Below are positions 48,810 through 59,262 of a DNA stretch of 64,000 bases, piece after piece. Numbering within the stretch: position 1 is the first letter of the stretch; each line of letters begins with the position of its first letter. A program made the position numbers and the translations under genes. The stretch comes from a candidate division FCPU426 bacterium. GTDB taxonomy: Bacteria > Oederibacteriota > JAAXVQ01 > JAUVAV01. Below the pieces are notes generated by a model. The model saw only the letters and a list, made by a program, of their open reading frames with translations, was not told where the DNA came from and ran no database searches. Location of the stretch: NCBI GenBank assembly GCA_040756875.1, contig JBFLYH010000001.1:544001-608000 (forward strand). The letters are read 5' to 3'.

Positions 48810-51800
48810 GTGCTTATGCCAGCCCTTCATCTGCGTATCGCCTGCGGTTTCCTGTTGCTCCTCGCGCTTGCCGGTTGCGGACCCCGCCCTGTTCCACCGG
48901 CGCAACAGGGGGGCCAGGGCGCGCTGACCCTGGAACAGGCCAGGGTGCTGTCCGGCCTCCCCGGCCGTTATGTTCACTACCGCAGCCCTCTCAAGTTCCT
49001 TTTTGCCAGGCCCATGGTCGCGTCCCAGGTGGTCGGGCAGGCAGACGGCCGGGAATTGCTCGTTTTGGAACCCCGAACCCCGGGGCGGGCTGTGTGGCGC
49101 TCGCGCACGGAACTGGAGTTCCAACCCGGCGCGCCCCTGCAGAAGTTCAAGACCTACCGGGGCGAATTGCAGTTGAGCGTCTTGGTGGATGATCCCACGC
49201 TGGCGCCGGTCTCCTTTGACTTCGACGCCGTGGGCAATGAGGTGGCCCGCCTGGAGGCTGAATTCAAACCAGCCCCTGAAAGCGGTGAACGCAAATTCGT
49301 CTTCGCCGGCAAGGTGGATTTCAACCAACCAATGGCCCGCGAAACGGTCTTCCGAAGCCTTTCGCTCAGAGGCGCCGGCGGGCCACTGGCCCTGACGGTG
49401 GAAGGATCAGATCCAGGGCAGGAATTCACTTTCTCCGCGCCGGCGGTCGCCCAAACCGCGCGCAAGCAGACGTACGAGCTGGCCCTCAAAGCCGCGGACC
49501 TGGATCTGGCGGCGGACATCAGCCAGACCTTGACCGTGCCCGCGGCCCGCCGGTTTCAGGTTGAACGCATCGAACCCCTGCCCGAAGGCGAGGAAGCCGG
49601 CTTCCGGGTGGACTTCACCGAAGCTTTGGCCTCGGCCGCCAACCCGGACGGGTTCGTTAAAGTCACGCCCGCGGTTTCCGTGCAGTTGAAGCCAATGGAG
49701 CACAAGCTGTACGTGCTGGGAGATTTTCAAGCCAACCGGGACTACACCGTCGAAATTCTGGCCGGCTTGAAAGACCGCTGGGGCGAACCGCTGCCAGCCA
49801 CTTACCGCCAACAAGTGCGCTTCGCGGACCAAAAACCCAGGTTGCGCTTCGTTAACCCGGGGTTGTTTCTGCCCACGGACAACCAGCAGCAGGTGGCGTT
49901 CGAAACCCTGAACCTGAAGGATGTGCATGTGGAAGTGCTGCAGGTGTTCGCCGGCAACCTGGGCCAATTCATGCAGACCGAAACCCTGCGCAACCGTTAC
50001 GCCGGGGAAGTGCCGTATTTCAACCAGTATGAATTCAGGCGCGTGGGCGTGGGGGTGGCGACGCAAAAGCTGCACATCGGCACCCAGAAAAACAAGCTCG
50101 TGACCCAGGCCCTCGATTTGTCGCGGCTCCTGGACCGCGACCGCAAGGGACTCTTCGTAGTACGGTTATGGGCCGAACGCGCGGACCTCCTGTACTCCAA
50201 CCAGGCGGAGCGGGAGGCGGCGGAGGACGAGGAGTACTGGAACGACAGTTATTACACCAATCCCTACAAGCAGGGATACCTCGAACGCCACGCCACGGCT
50301 TTGCTGCAGGTGGTGGTGAGCGACCTGGGCCTGACGGTCAAACGGGCCGGAACAGCCTACTGGGTGTTCGCCAACCATCTGCAATCCACCAAACCGCTGG
50401 CCGGCGTACGGGTGCGGCTGGTCAGCTACCAAAACCAGACCCTGGCCGAGGGCGCCACGGACCTGCAGGGACTGGCGGAATTCAAGGATGTGAAGGAGGA
50501 TGTGTTTTACGTGGAAGGGGAGTCGGGCGGCCAGCGCAGCCTGGTCAAGCTGGAGGACATGGCTTGGAACCTTTCCTCGTTCGATATTGATGGCAGCGAG
50601 GGCGGTTCTGGCCAGAACCGGGCCTTCGTGTTCCTGGACCGCGGCGTGTACCGGCCGGGTGACGCCATCCATCTCTCCCTGATCGTGCGCAACCACGAGG
50701 GCACATTCCCCGAGAACCACCCGGTGACAGTGAAGTTCTACAATCCTCGCAATCAGCTGGCGAGCGAGGCCACCAACCGCCAGGCGCGCGACGGTTTCTA
50801 TGCCTTTACTTTGCAGACGCAACCCGAGTCGCTGACCGGCGATTGGCGGGCGGAAATAACCGCCGGCGCAGCCGTATTTCACGAACAAATCAAAGTGGAG
50901 ACCGTCATCCCCAACCGGCTCAAAGTGGCGCTCACGCCGGCCAAAGCCGTGCTGGACCCCGGGGAGCGCGAGCTGCGCCTGTCCCTGGCCTCGAGTTATC
51001 TTTACGGAGCGCCGGCCTCGGAGTTGCAGGCCGAGGTCAGCGCTGATGTGCTGAGCGACGAACGCCGGTTCAACCGTTTTCCCGACTTCAATTTCACCGA
51101 CGAAGCGGTTCGTTTCCGGCCGTGGCAGTCCGCGGTATGGGAAGGAACGCTGGACAGCGCGGGTGAGGCGCAATTTGCCTGGGCCCTGCCGGCATTCGGA
51201 AAAGCGCCCTCGGGTTTGCGGGCGCGCCTTACGGCCAAAGTCCTCGAAAAGGGAGGGCGGTTTACCCAGCACTGGCTGGACGTGGACATCAATCCCTTTG
51301 GCCGCTACGTGGGCCTGAGGCGCCCGGCCATGGAATACGGTTATGTCGCCGTGCCGCAGGACGTGCAAACCGACGTAGTGCTCGTGGCGCCCGACGGGCG
51401 TCCGGTGCCCGGCCGCACGCTCGCGTACCGGCTGTACCGCAATCGCCAGTGGTGGTGGTGGGAATACCGCGACGACCAGGATCGGCGGCTCAAGTTCAAG
51501 ACCGACCGCTCCACGGATCTGGCTCAGGAAGGCGTGGTGGTTACCGGCCAGCGTCCGGCGCGGCTGGCGTTGAAAATCGAGGAGCCCGGCGAGTACCTGC
51601 TCGAGGTCGCGGACGGCGACGAAGGGCATGTGGCGGGCTATTTTTTCGAGGCCAGCCGTTGGGGCGAAACCGCGGGCTCGCGCCAGGATGCGGGCGACGT
51701 CATCCTGAAGGCCGACCGGGACCTGTACCATCCCGGGGACAAGGCCGTGGTCCGGTTTCCCGTGCCCGGCGAAGGCCGGGTGCTGTTCACGCTGGAGCGC

Positions 51801-54359
51801 GGGAACGATGTGCTCGACCGCTGGTGGGAAACGCTCAAACCGGGGCAGCGGGAATGCGTGCGGGAAATCTCCATCACCAGCGCCATGCTGCCGACGGTGT
51901 ACGTGAGCGTGTCGATCCTGCAGCCGCACGCCCAGGTCCGCAATGACCTGCCTCTGCGTTTTTACGGCGTGCTGCCTCTTAAAGTGGAGGACGCCTCGAC
52001 CCGGCGGCCCCTTTCCCTGCGCCTGCCGGAAACGCTCAAACCCAACGAGACTTTCACCGTGGAAGTGCAGAGCGAAGACCGCAAGCCTTATCAGGCCACG
52101 CTGGCCGTGGTGGACGAAGGCCTGCTCGGCCTCACTGCCTTTGCCACGCCGGATCCGTGGCGGTTCTTTTTCCAGAAAATGCGGCTGGCGGTCCGGACGT
52201 ATGACCTGTACGGGTTCGTGATCGGCGCCAACCCGCAGGATCTGGCGAAACTGTTCGCGATCGGCGGAGGCGAGGCGCTGCAACAGCAGCAGAGCGTGGT
52301 CCAGGCCCGCCGCTTCGAACCCGTGGCCCTGTTCCAGGGGCCGCTGCGCTCGGACGCCCGCGGGAAACTGACCGCCACCTTCACGTTGCCGCGCTACATC
52401 GGCGCCGTGCGCGTGATGGCCGTGGCCGCCCAGGGGCAGGCCTATGGCAGCGCCGAAAAGACCGTGACCGTGAGACAGGCGCTCATGGTGCAGCCCACCC
52501 TGCCGCGCGTGCTCGGGCCCGAGGAATCCTTCGAATTGCCGGTGGACGTCATTGCCATGCAAGATGGCCTGGGCCAGGTGGAAGTGGCGGTGGAGACCAG
52601 CGGGCCGGTGTCCGTGTCCGGGGAAGCCGGCCACCGTGTGGAGCTGGCCCGGACCGGCGAGCGCACGGTCCGTTTTCGCCTGCAGACGCCTAAAGCCGTG
52701 GGAGTGGCCAAAGTCACGGTGCGCGCCCGGGCTGGAAAATTCACGGCCGAGGCAGAGACCGAAATCGCGGTGCGGCCATCGGCTCCGCGCCTCACGCGGT
52801 CCCAGACGCTGACCGTGCGCAAGGGTGAAACCGTCCGCCTGAGGATTCCGGATGACGGGCTGCTGGGCACCAACCAGGCCAGCGTGAGCATTCAACGGCT
52901 GCCGCAACTGGGTCTGGAACGGCATCTGCGCTGGCTGATCCAGTATCCCTACGGCTGCCTGGAGCAGACCACCTCGTCGGTTTTCCCGCAGCTGTACCTG
53001 CGGGACTGGCTGACAGATGCCGCCACCACCCGGGAGCGGATCGACCAGAACATCCAGGCCGGGATCGAGCGTCTGAAGCATTTCGCCCTGCCTTCGGGCG
53101 GCTTCAGCTATTGGCCCGGCGGCAGCCAGAGCGACGGCTGGGCCACGAATTATGCCGGGCATTTCCTCCTGGAAGCGAAGAAGAAAGGCTACGCCGTGCC
53201 TGCGGAGCTGCTGGCCAAGTGGCTGCAGTTCCAGCAGTCGCAGGCCCTGCGCACCGAGGGGGATGTCAAGGAGCGGGTTTACCGCGTGTATTTGCTGGCC
53301 TTGGCCGGACAGGCGGCCGTGGGGCCCATGAATTTGCTCAAGGAAAACAATCTGAAGGGCATGGAGGCCGCGGAGCAATGGCTGCTGGCCGCGGCCTATC
53401 AGGCCGCCGGTTCGCCGCAAGTGGCGAGGGAAATCGCCTCCCAGGCGGGGTTCGGCGTGCGCGAGTACACGGAGACCGGCGGCACCTACGGATCAGGGTT
53501 GCGCGACCGCGCCATCATGCTGGAGACCCTGGTTTTGTTCGGACGCCTGGAAAAGGCCCGCGAATTGTTCGAAAGCCTCGGGGAGTCCCTGTCCGCGGAC
53601 AACTGGTATTCCACGCAGACAATCTCCTACTGCCTGCTGGCCATGGGCAAATATCTGCAGGCCTTGGACGCGGATTATGGTTCCAAACGCCCCAGGCTGG
53701 CGGGGTATTTCCAATTGCCGGAGGGGAAGCGGGAAACTTTCGACACCCAGGAAGTCGTCAGGCGCCTGGCCTTGACCAAGGGATTCGGCCAGGAAGTGGA
53801 GGTATACCTGGATCCTAAAGCATCGCAGGACCCGGCTTACGTCACCTTGACCTGGAGCGGCGTGCCCCTGGCCGTGGCCGCCGGGGAAGGCGAGGAAGAG
53901 CGGCTGGCCTTGGGTGTGGACTGGTTTGCCGAGGACGGATCGCCCCTGGATATCGGCGCCGTGCGCCAGGGGCAGAGCCTGTACGGACGTATTTCGGTGC
54001 GCCAATCAGGCGTCTGGCAGCACAATCAAGTCGAGAATCTGGCTTTGGTGCAGATTCTGCCCTCTGGCTGGGAAATCGAAAACCTGCGGTTAAGCGGCGA
54101 GAACCTTCCGGAATGGCTGAACGCGGATTCGCTGGCCGAGGCGGATTATCTCGACATCCGCGACGACCGCCTGATCTGGTTTTTCGGCCGCGTGTCAGGC
54201 CTGGTCCGGCCGTCACAGTTCGTTTTCAAGGCCAATGCGATCACCGTGGGCAAATTTCTGCTGCCGGCCACCCATGTGGAAGCCATGTATGACCATGCTT
54301 ACCGGGCCACGCTGCCGGGAAAACCGGTGGAAGTGCTGCCGGCCCGGAAGAAAGAATGA
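48810..54359 (+). CDS. Bacterial alpha-2-macroglobulin lipoprotein (YfhM-like)
   Basis: Lipobox LALAGC; DRGVYRPGD; TLAVVDEG; intact thioester YPYGCLEQ; DIRDDR; EAMY; adjacent to pbpC; alternative start ATG 48816. Confidence 0.95.
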   Translation: MLMPALHLRIACGFLLLLALAGCGPRPVPPAQQGGQGALTLEQARVLSGLPGRYVHYRSPLKFLFARPMVASQVVGQADGRELLVLEPRTPGRAVWRSRTELEFQPGAPLQKFKTYRGELQLSVLVDDPTLAPVSFDFDAVGNEVARLEAEFKPAPESGERKFVFAGKVDFNQPMARETVFRSLSLRGAGGPLALTVEGSDPGQEFTFSAPAVAQTARKQTYELALKAADLDLAADISQTLTVPAARRFQVERIEPLPEGEEAGFRVDFTEALASAANPDGFVKVTPAVSVQLKPMEHKLYVLGDFQANRDYTVEILAGLKDRWGEPLPATYRQQVRFADQKPRLRFVNPGLFLPTDNQQQVAFETLNLKDVHVEVLQVFAGNLGQFMQTETLRNRYAGEVPYFNQYEFRRVGVGVATQKLHIGTQKNKLVTQALDLSRLLDRDRKGLFVVRLWAERADLLYSNQAEREAAEDEEYWNDSYYTNPYKQGYLERHATALLQVVVSDLGLTVKRAGTAYWVFANHLQSTKPLAGVRVRLVSYQNQTLAEGATDLQGLAEFKDVKEDVFYVEGESGGQRSLVKLEDMAWNLSSFDIDGSEGGSGQNRAFVFLDRGVYRPGDAIHLSLIVRNHEGTFPENHPVTVKFYNPRNQLASEATNRQARDGFYAFTLQTQPESLTGDWRAEITAGAAVFHEQIKVETVIPNRLKVALTPAKAVLDPGERELRLSLASSYLYGAPASELQAEVSADVLSDERRFNRFPDFNFTDEAVRFRPWQSAVWEGTLDSAGEAQFAWALPAFGKAPSGLRARLTAKVLEKGGRFTQHWLDVDINPFGRYVGLRRPAMEYGYVAVPQDVQTDVVLVAPDGRPVPGRTLAYRLYRNRQWWWWEYRDDQDRRLKFKTDRSTDLAQEGVVVTGQRPARLALKIEEPGEYLLEVADGDEGHVAGYFFEASRWGETAGSRQDAGDVILKADRDLYHPGDKAVVRFPVPGEGRVLFTLERGNDVLDRWWETLKPGQRECVREISITSAMLPTVYVSVSILQPHAQVRNDLPLRFYGVLPLKVEDASTRRPLSLRLPETLKPNETFTVEVQSEDRKPYQATLAVVDEGLLGLTAFATPDPWRFFFQKMRLAVRTYDLYGFVIGANPQDLAKLFAIGGGEALQQQQSVVQARRFEPVALFQGPLRSDARGKLTATFTLPRYIGAVRVMAVAAQGQAYGSAEKTVTVRQALMVQPTLPRVLGPEESFELPVDVIAMQDGLGQVEVAVETSGPVSVSGEAGHRVELARTGERTVRFRLQTPKAVGVAKVTVRARAGKFTAEAETEIAVRPSAPRLTRSQTLTVRKGETVRLRIPDDGLLGTNQASVSIQRLPQLGLERHLRWLIQYPYGCLEQTTSSVFPQLYLRDWLTDAATTRERIDQNIQAGIERLKHFALPSGGFSYWPGGSQSDGWATNYAGHFLLEAKKKGYAVPAELLAKWLQFQQSQALRTEGDVKERVYRVYLLALAGQAAVGPMNLLKENNLKGMEAAEQWLLAAAYQAAGSPQVAREIASQAGFGVREYTETGGTYGSGLRDRAIMLETLVLFGRLEKARELFESLGESLSADNWYSTQTISYCLLAMGKYLQALDADYGSKRPRLAGYFQLPEGKRETFDTQEVVRRLALTKGFGQEVEVYLDPKASQDPAYVTLTWSGVPLAVAAGEGEEERLALGVDWFAEDGSPLDIGAVRQGQSLYGRISVRQSGVWQHNQVENLALVQILPSGWEIENLRLSGENLPEWLNADSLAEADYLDIRDDRLIWFFGRVSGLVRPSQFVFKANAITVGKFLLPATHVEAMYDHAYRATLPGKPVEVLPARKKE

Positions 54360-56719
54360 AAGCGCCCCGCTGGATTCGCGCGGCAGCCCGCTGGCCCCTG
54401 GGCGTGCGCTGGTTGCTGGCTCTGGCAGCGGCCGGCGGGCTGGCCTGGCTGGCCGTGCCGCTGCCGCATCCGCTTTTTCCGGACGACTACAGCCCCGTGG
54501 TGCTGGATGCGGACGGAAAATTGCTCAGGGTCTTTCTCAACCGCCGGCAGCAATGGATGCTGCCGACTGACCCCGGCCGGCCCGTTCCCGTAAAACTGAA
54601 AGCCGCGGTCCTGGCGTACGAGGACCGGACTTTTTACCGCCATCCCGGCGTAAGCCTGCGCGCGCTGCTGCGGGCCGCGGCCGCCAATTGCAAACACCGG
54701 CGCGTGCGCAGCGGCGCCAGCACGCTTACCATGCAAATCGCCCGCTTGGCGCGCCCCAAGGCGCGCACCCTGCCGAACAAACTGCTGGAAATGGCCCAGG
54801 CGTGCAAGCTGGAGCTCCTCACCTCCAAGGAAAACCTGCTGCGCCTGTATTTGGATCATGCGCCCTACGGCGGCAATATCGTGGGATATCAGGCCGCGTC
54901 CTGGAGATACTTCGGCAAGCCGCCTGATCAGCTGACGTGGTCCGAGGCCGCCACCCTGGCCGTGCTGCCCAATTCGCCCTCCCTGATGACGCCGGTTCTC
55001 AACCGGGAGGCGCTGGTGGCCAAGCGCGGCCGTTTGCTGCGCATTCTGACGCAGCAAGGGCGCATTACGCCCGCAGAGTGCGCCCTGGCCCAGGCCGAGC
55101 CGGTTCCGGACCGCCTCCATCCTTTTCCGCTCCATGCTCCGCACGCTGCGCTGCGTTTGCTCGGGAAACGGAAGGGGTCGCCCGCCGTGCGGAGCTCCCT
55201 GCAACTGGACACCCAGCAGGCGTGCGAAGGCTTATTGCGCCGCCATATGCAATATCTGCGCTCCCTCGGCGTGCGCAATGCCTGCCTGCTCGCGGTCGAA
55301 ACCCGGACCGGGCTGGTGCGGGCTTACGTGGGGTCGCAGGATTTTTTGGACGTGGAGGGCAGGGGGCAGGTGGACGGCGTGCAGGCGCCCCGATCCTCCG
55401 GGTCACTGCTCAAACCCTTCCTCTATGCGGCTGCCATGGACGAAGGGTTGATTCTTCCCGACATGCTGACCTGGGATGTGCCTACGCATTTTTCCGGATT
55501 CACGCCGCAGAACAATGATCTGGCTTTTTTGGGACTGGTCAGCGCGCGCGAGGCCCTGATCCAGTCGCGCAATGTCCCGGCCGTGCGCCTGCTGCACGCC
55601 GTGGGCGTTTACCCTTTTTATTTGTGGCTGGAACAAGCCGGGGTGAGCACACTGTTCCGGAAACCCGAGGAATACGGGCTGGCGCTTGTGCTCGGCGGCG
55701 CGGAAGTCACGCTGTGGGACATGGTTGCGCTCTATTGCGGTCTGGGGCGCGGCGGCCGGTTCGCGCCCCTGCGCCTGGCCCTGTCTGACCCCGGGCCGTC
55801 CGGGAGATTGCTGCTGCTGCCTGGGTCCGACCAACTCCTATTGGAGATGCTTCGGGAGGTCAAAAGGCCGGAAGGGGAGTATTATTGGGAGCAATACAAC
55901 CGCCAGCGCCCCGTGGCTTGGAAGACCGGCACCAGCTATGGCCAGCGTGACGGTTGGGCCGTGGGCACCAGTCCCAACTGGACCATCGGCGTGTGGACAG
56001 GCAATTTTACCGGCGAAGGCAATCCCAACCTGTCAGGCGGGCGTTGCGCCGCCCCTCTGCTTTTCGACTGTTTCAACACCCTGCCTGCGCTGGTTCCGGA
56101 ACACTGGTTTAACGGGGATCCGGGCAGCTTGGTCTCCTGCGCTGTCTGCCGGGAAACGGGATTCCTGGCCGGACCGGACTGCCCCCACCGGGTGGCCGCG
56201 AAGATTCCCAAAGACGCCAAACCTTTTCGCACCTGTCCCTATCACCGCGTGTGCCATTTGTCCCCGGACCGGCGCCATTCCGTGTGCGCCAGTTGCTGGG
56301 ATCCGGAACGGCATCTTGAGGAAGTTCGCCTGGTTTACCCTCCCCAGGTGATGCAGGTACTGCGCCAGCAGGGGAGGGATGTGGCGGGCATCGCTCCTCA
56401 TTTGCCCGCCTGCTCCAGTGTGGAACAGGATTCCGGAATGGAGATCACCTATCCGGCCGAACGCGCCCGGATTTGGATCCCCCGCGGGTTGGCCGGGGAA
56501 CCGCAGCGGGTCGTGGTGCAGGTGTCCCACCGGGACCGCAACCGGAAAGTATTCTGGTATGTCGATAAAAATTTCCGCGGTGAAACCCGCGAACCGCACG
56601 CCCGCGCCTTTCTTCTGGAAACCGGATGGCATACCGTGGACGTGGTGGACGAGTCGGGCCAGCGCCTGCGCCGGACTTTCCAGGTGGCGGTGAAGCCCGG
56701 CCTCCCTGAAGCACAGTAG
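54356..56719 (+). CDS. pbpC: Penicillin-binding protein 1C
   Basis: EDR.FY.HPG, GASTLTMQ.AR transglycosylase; GSLLKP, SRN, WKTGTS transpeptidase; C-terminal beta domain; canonical pairing with A2M. Confidence 0.95.
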   Translation: MKAPRWIRAAARWPLGVRWLLALAAAGGLAWLAVPLPHPLFPDDYSPVVLDADGKLLRVFLNRRQQWMLPTDPGRPVPVKLKAAVLAYEDRTFYRHPGVSLRALLRAAAANCKHRRVRSGASTLTMQIARLARPKARTLPNKLLEMAQACKLELLTSKENLLRLYLDHAPYGGNIVGYQAASWRYFGKPPDQLTWSEAATLAVLPNSPSLMTPVLNREALVAKRGRLLRILTQQGRITPAECALAQAEPVPDRLHPFPLHAPHAALRLLGKRKGSPAVRSSLQLDTQQACEGLLRRHMQYLRSLGVRNACLLAVETRTGLVRAYVGSQDFLDVEGRGQVDGVQAPRSSGSLLKPFLYAAAMDEGLILPDMLTWDVPTHFSGFTPQNNDLAFLGLVSAREALIQSRNVPAVRLLHAVGVYPFYLWLEQAGVSTLFRKPEEYGLALVLGGAEVTLWDMVALYCGLGRGGRFAPLRLALSDPGPSGRLLLLPGSDQLLLEMLREVKRPEGEYYWEQYNRQRPVAWKTGTSYGQRDGWAVGTSPNWTIGVWTGNFTGEGNPNLSGGRCAAPLLFDCFNTLPALVPEHWFNGDPGSLVSCAVCRETGFLAGPDCPHRVAAKIPKDAKPFRTCPYHRVCHLSPDRRHSVCASCWDPERHLEEVRLVYPPQVMQVLRQQGRDVAGIAPHLPACSSVEQDSGMEITYPAERARIWIPRGLAGEPQRVVVQVSHRDRNRKVFWYVDKNFRGETREPHARAFLLETGWHTVDVVDESGQRLRRTFQVAVKPGLPEAQ

Positions 56720-56806
56720 CCTTTGCACGCGCGGTTGTGGTAAAATCACTGGGCTTGAGTTCACATCTTCCGCCCGCGCGCTTTCGTCGCGGAGAAAGCG
56801 AGAACC

Positions 56807-57094
56807 ATGAGCTATAAATTGAAAGTCAAACCTGCGGGCAACGAACGCAGGGAGTTTCTCCTCGGGCTCGGCGTTTTTTTCGGCATCTATCTGCTCTCAT
56901 ATATATGGGTGCTTTTCATCACGCCCATCGCCGCTTCGGCGGCCGGCCCGTATGCCTTGATTGCATTTCTGGCGGGCGTGCTGGCTTCCGTGGTGCTGAT
57001 TTTTACGCGCCATTCCCTAGTCGGGCTGGGCGGAAGCCTGGCAGCCATCCTTTACGTGGTTTTTTTCGCGGTCACCTGGCCCCTGGTGCGGTGA
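56807..57094 (+). CDS. Small membrane protein (3 TM)
   Basis: 95 aa, three hydrophobic segments, followed by a terminator. Confidence 0.7.
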   Translation: MSYKLKVKPAGNERREFLLGLGVFFGIYLLSYIWVLFITPIAASAAGPYALIAFLAGVLASVVLIFTRHSLVGLGGSLAAILYVVFFAVTWPLVR

Positions 57095-57113
57095 CCGGTT
57101 TGTACGAGGAATG

Positions 57114-57145
57114 AAAAGGCGGCCTGACCAGGCCGCCTTTTTTTT
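57114..57145. terminator. Probably bidirectional intrinsic terminator
   Basis: AAAAGGCGGCCTG-AC-CAGGCCGCCTTTTTTTT between convergent genes. Confidence 0.85.
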
Positions 57146-57253
57146 CAAAGTGAGTTTGATCCGCAAGACCCGGCCGGAAAACCGGCGGTTTGAAGGCCGG
57201 ACAATCTCGGGGCGGGGATGCCGAGGCTTTTCGGATCCGGAAGCGCGGGCGCG

Positions 57254-58567
57254 TTATGGGGTTTTCGCGCCGCCCGGCACTGCGGCCAAGGCGGCCGGAG
57301 CCGGAACCCGCTCCAGCCTGAAGCAAAAGCGATTGCCCTGGCCGGCTGCTGATTCCACCCAGATCATGCCGCCGTGCGCCTGCACGATGCTGCGGCAGAT
57401 GGCCAGCCCCAAGCCCGAACTGGTCGCGCCGGTGTAGGGGTCTGACTTCAACCTGACGAATTTCTCGAACAACCGTTCCTGTTCGTGGGGGGCCAGCGGG
57501 CGGCCGTGGTCCGACACGCTGAAGAGGACCGAGTGGGCGTCCGCGTGAAGTTCCAAAATGATCGGGCTGTTGCTGGGGGCGTATTTGGCGGCATTGGTCA
57601 GCAGGTTGACCAGCACCTGCAGCAACCGCATCTGGTCCGCCTGCACATAAGCGGGTTCCTCCTGAAGCTTGAACTGCAGGCGCGAGGCCAGACCCGGCAG
57701 GCTGCTGCCCACGGTGACCGCGGCCTCATGCAACAACCTTTGCCCGGAACAAGGACCCATCCGCAAAGTCAGTTTTCCCAGCTCCATCCGGGTCAGATCG
57801 AGCAGGTCGGAAATCAGGCGTTCCATGGCTTCCACGTTGCGGTGCATGCTCGAGACCAGTTCCAGTTGCTCGGGCGCCAGCGCGCCCAGGCGGCCGTCCC
57901 GCAACAATTTGGCGAACCCCAGCAGGGAAGTGATGGGGCTGCGCAGTTCATGAGCCACCATGGACAACCCTTCGGAGCGCGTCAATTCGGCCTGGCGGAG
58001 CTTTTCGTTGGCCTGGCGCAATTGCACCGTGGTCTCCAGCAATTGCTGTTTTTGCATTTCGAGGTATTTCTGCTGGGTTTCGCGCAAACGGGCGTTGGCG
58101 AGGGCCAAACCAGCCTGGTCGGCGAAAGCTTCGCACCATTTCATCTGCCGCGCCAGGAACTGGCCGTGTTTCCGGTTCGCCACTATCAGCAGACCCAGGC
58201 GGCGTTGGCGGTGGCGCACCGGCACGGCCATGAGCGTGCGGATTTCGAATCCCCAGGCAGGGGTCTTCGGCCACCAGGTCTCAGGCTGGGGGTGGTCGAA
58301 GCGCAGCGCTTTCTTTTGCGCCCACAGCCAGGCCTCCCAACCGCGGCGGGCAGGCACCCGGGTCGTCTGAAGGGCATGCCGGGAGCGGGGATGCAACTTG
58401 GATAGGCGCAATTGTCCCGGGCGGGAGTCAGGCGCGATCCACAAGGCGCACTCGGCCTGGAAAAGTTCAGCTGCCCAGTGGAGCAGGGCAGAAACCACCC
58501 GGCGGCTGTGATAGGCGCGGTGCAAATCCTGGCCAGCGGCGGCGATGCGTTCCAACCATAATTTCAA
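57254..58567 (-). CDS. Cytoplasmic GAF sensor histidine kinase
   Basis: GAF (LMAVPV...LGLL.VAN); AHELRSP; NLLTNAAKY; FEKFVR; GLGL; TTG 58567 chosen from SD and promoter position. Confidence 0.88.
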   Translation of the reverse strand: MKLWLERIAAAGQDLHRAYHSRRVVSALLHWAAELFQAECALWIAPDSRPGQLRLSKLHPRSRHALQTTRVPARRGWEAWLWAQKKALRFDHPQPETWWPKTPAWGFEIRTLMAVPVRHRQRRLGLLIVANRKHGQFLARQMKWCEAFADQAGLALANARLRETQQKYLEMQKQQLLETTVQLRQANEKLRQAELTRSEGLSMVAHELRSPITSLLGFAKLLRDGRLGALAPEQLELVSSMHRNVEAMERLISDLLDLTRMELGKLTLRMGPCSGQRLLHEAAVTVGSSLPGLASRLQFKLQEEPAYVQADQMRLLQVLVNLLTNAAKYAPSNSPIILELHADAHSVLFSVSDHGRPLAPHEQERLFEKFVRLKSDPYTGATSSGLGLAICRSIVQAHGGMIWVESAAGQGNRFCFRLERVPAPAALAAVPGGAKTP

Positions 58568-58600
58568 GGCGTGATTCCCCCGGTCGGCGTCGTTTCCACC

Positions 58601-58661
58601 ATTATACCGGCGCCATCCGTGCAGGGTCAAGGCTTGACAATTCGGGCGAGTATGAAATAAT
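58601..58661. promoter_or_regulatory. Back-to-back divergent sigma70 promoters
   Basis: Minus: TTGACC-N18-TATAAT (58630-58601); plus: TTGACA-N16-AATAAT with TG extension (58634-58661). Confidence 0.55.
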
Positions 58662-58781
58662 GGTGCCTGCGGGCAAACTCGCGATTCTGATTATTACCTT
58701 GTTTCGCCCTGCTTTTCGGCAGACGCTTTCCCTCGAGGCAAAGAGCATATTTCCGGAGCAGGCGGGCATGAGACGTGCAGG

Positions 58782-59180
58782 ATGGTTCCAATCATCATGG
58801 AAGACCCGATAACCAGCGTAATGCGGATGGACGGCGATTTGGAGCTGTTCATCGAGCAGCATGCCAATTCCTTCGTCAAATGGGAAGCGATCAATTATTT
58901 CCATTCGCATCCGGGCGAGCGCATTCCGTTCGACGATGTGGTGCGGATATTGAACCGGCCGTCCAAACCCTTGAAACGCGAGCTTCAGGAACTTAGCGGC
59001 GCCGGGTTGCTGCACGAGGAAAAGGCGGGCCGCAAGACGCTGTTTGCGTACGAACCGGAAACCGTGTCCGCGGAACTCAGGCATACCATGGAGCGGTTCA
59101 TCGCCCTCTGCCAGGACCGCGAAGGCCGGCTGCGCGTGATTTACAAATTGTTGAAGGACGGCAAACCCATCGCTTCGTAA
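58782..59180 (+). CDS. Hypothetical protein, probable winged helix
   Basis: 132 aa; FI...ANSFVKWE.I.YF, helix-turn-helix-like DDVVRILNRPSKPLKRELQELSGAGLL. Confidence 0.65.
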   Translation: MVPIIMEDPITSVMRMDGDLELFIEQHANSFVKWEAINYFHSHPGERIPFDDVVRILNRPSKPLKRELQELSGAGLLHEEKAGRKTLFAYEPETVSAELRHTMERFIALCQDREGRLRVIYKLLKDGKPIAS

Positions 59181-59262
59181 GGGTGACCTCCGGAACGCGG
59201 TCCGAGCGCGTCCGGGGTTTCGGTTTGCACCATTCGGGGCGAACGCCCGAGGAGGACTTTCC

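Noticed and set aside
50166-53420. 1084-aa minus-strand ORF and similar long antisense ORFs (42274-44259, 31507-33258, 30369-31913, 40630-42093, 39327-40616, 36057-37286)
   Set aside because: All lie opposite well-supported GC-rich genes and have no recognisable motifs; they are shadow frames caused by codon bias
48810-56719. A2M-pbpC pair as a novel system
   Set aside because: It is a well-known conserved pairing with canonical CxEQ and PBP motifs
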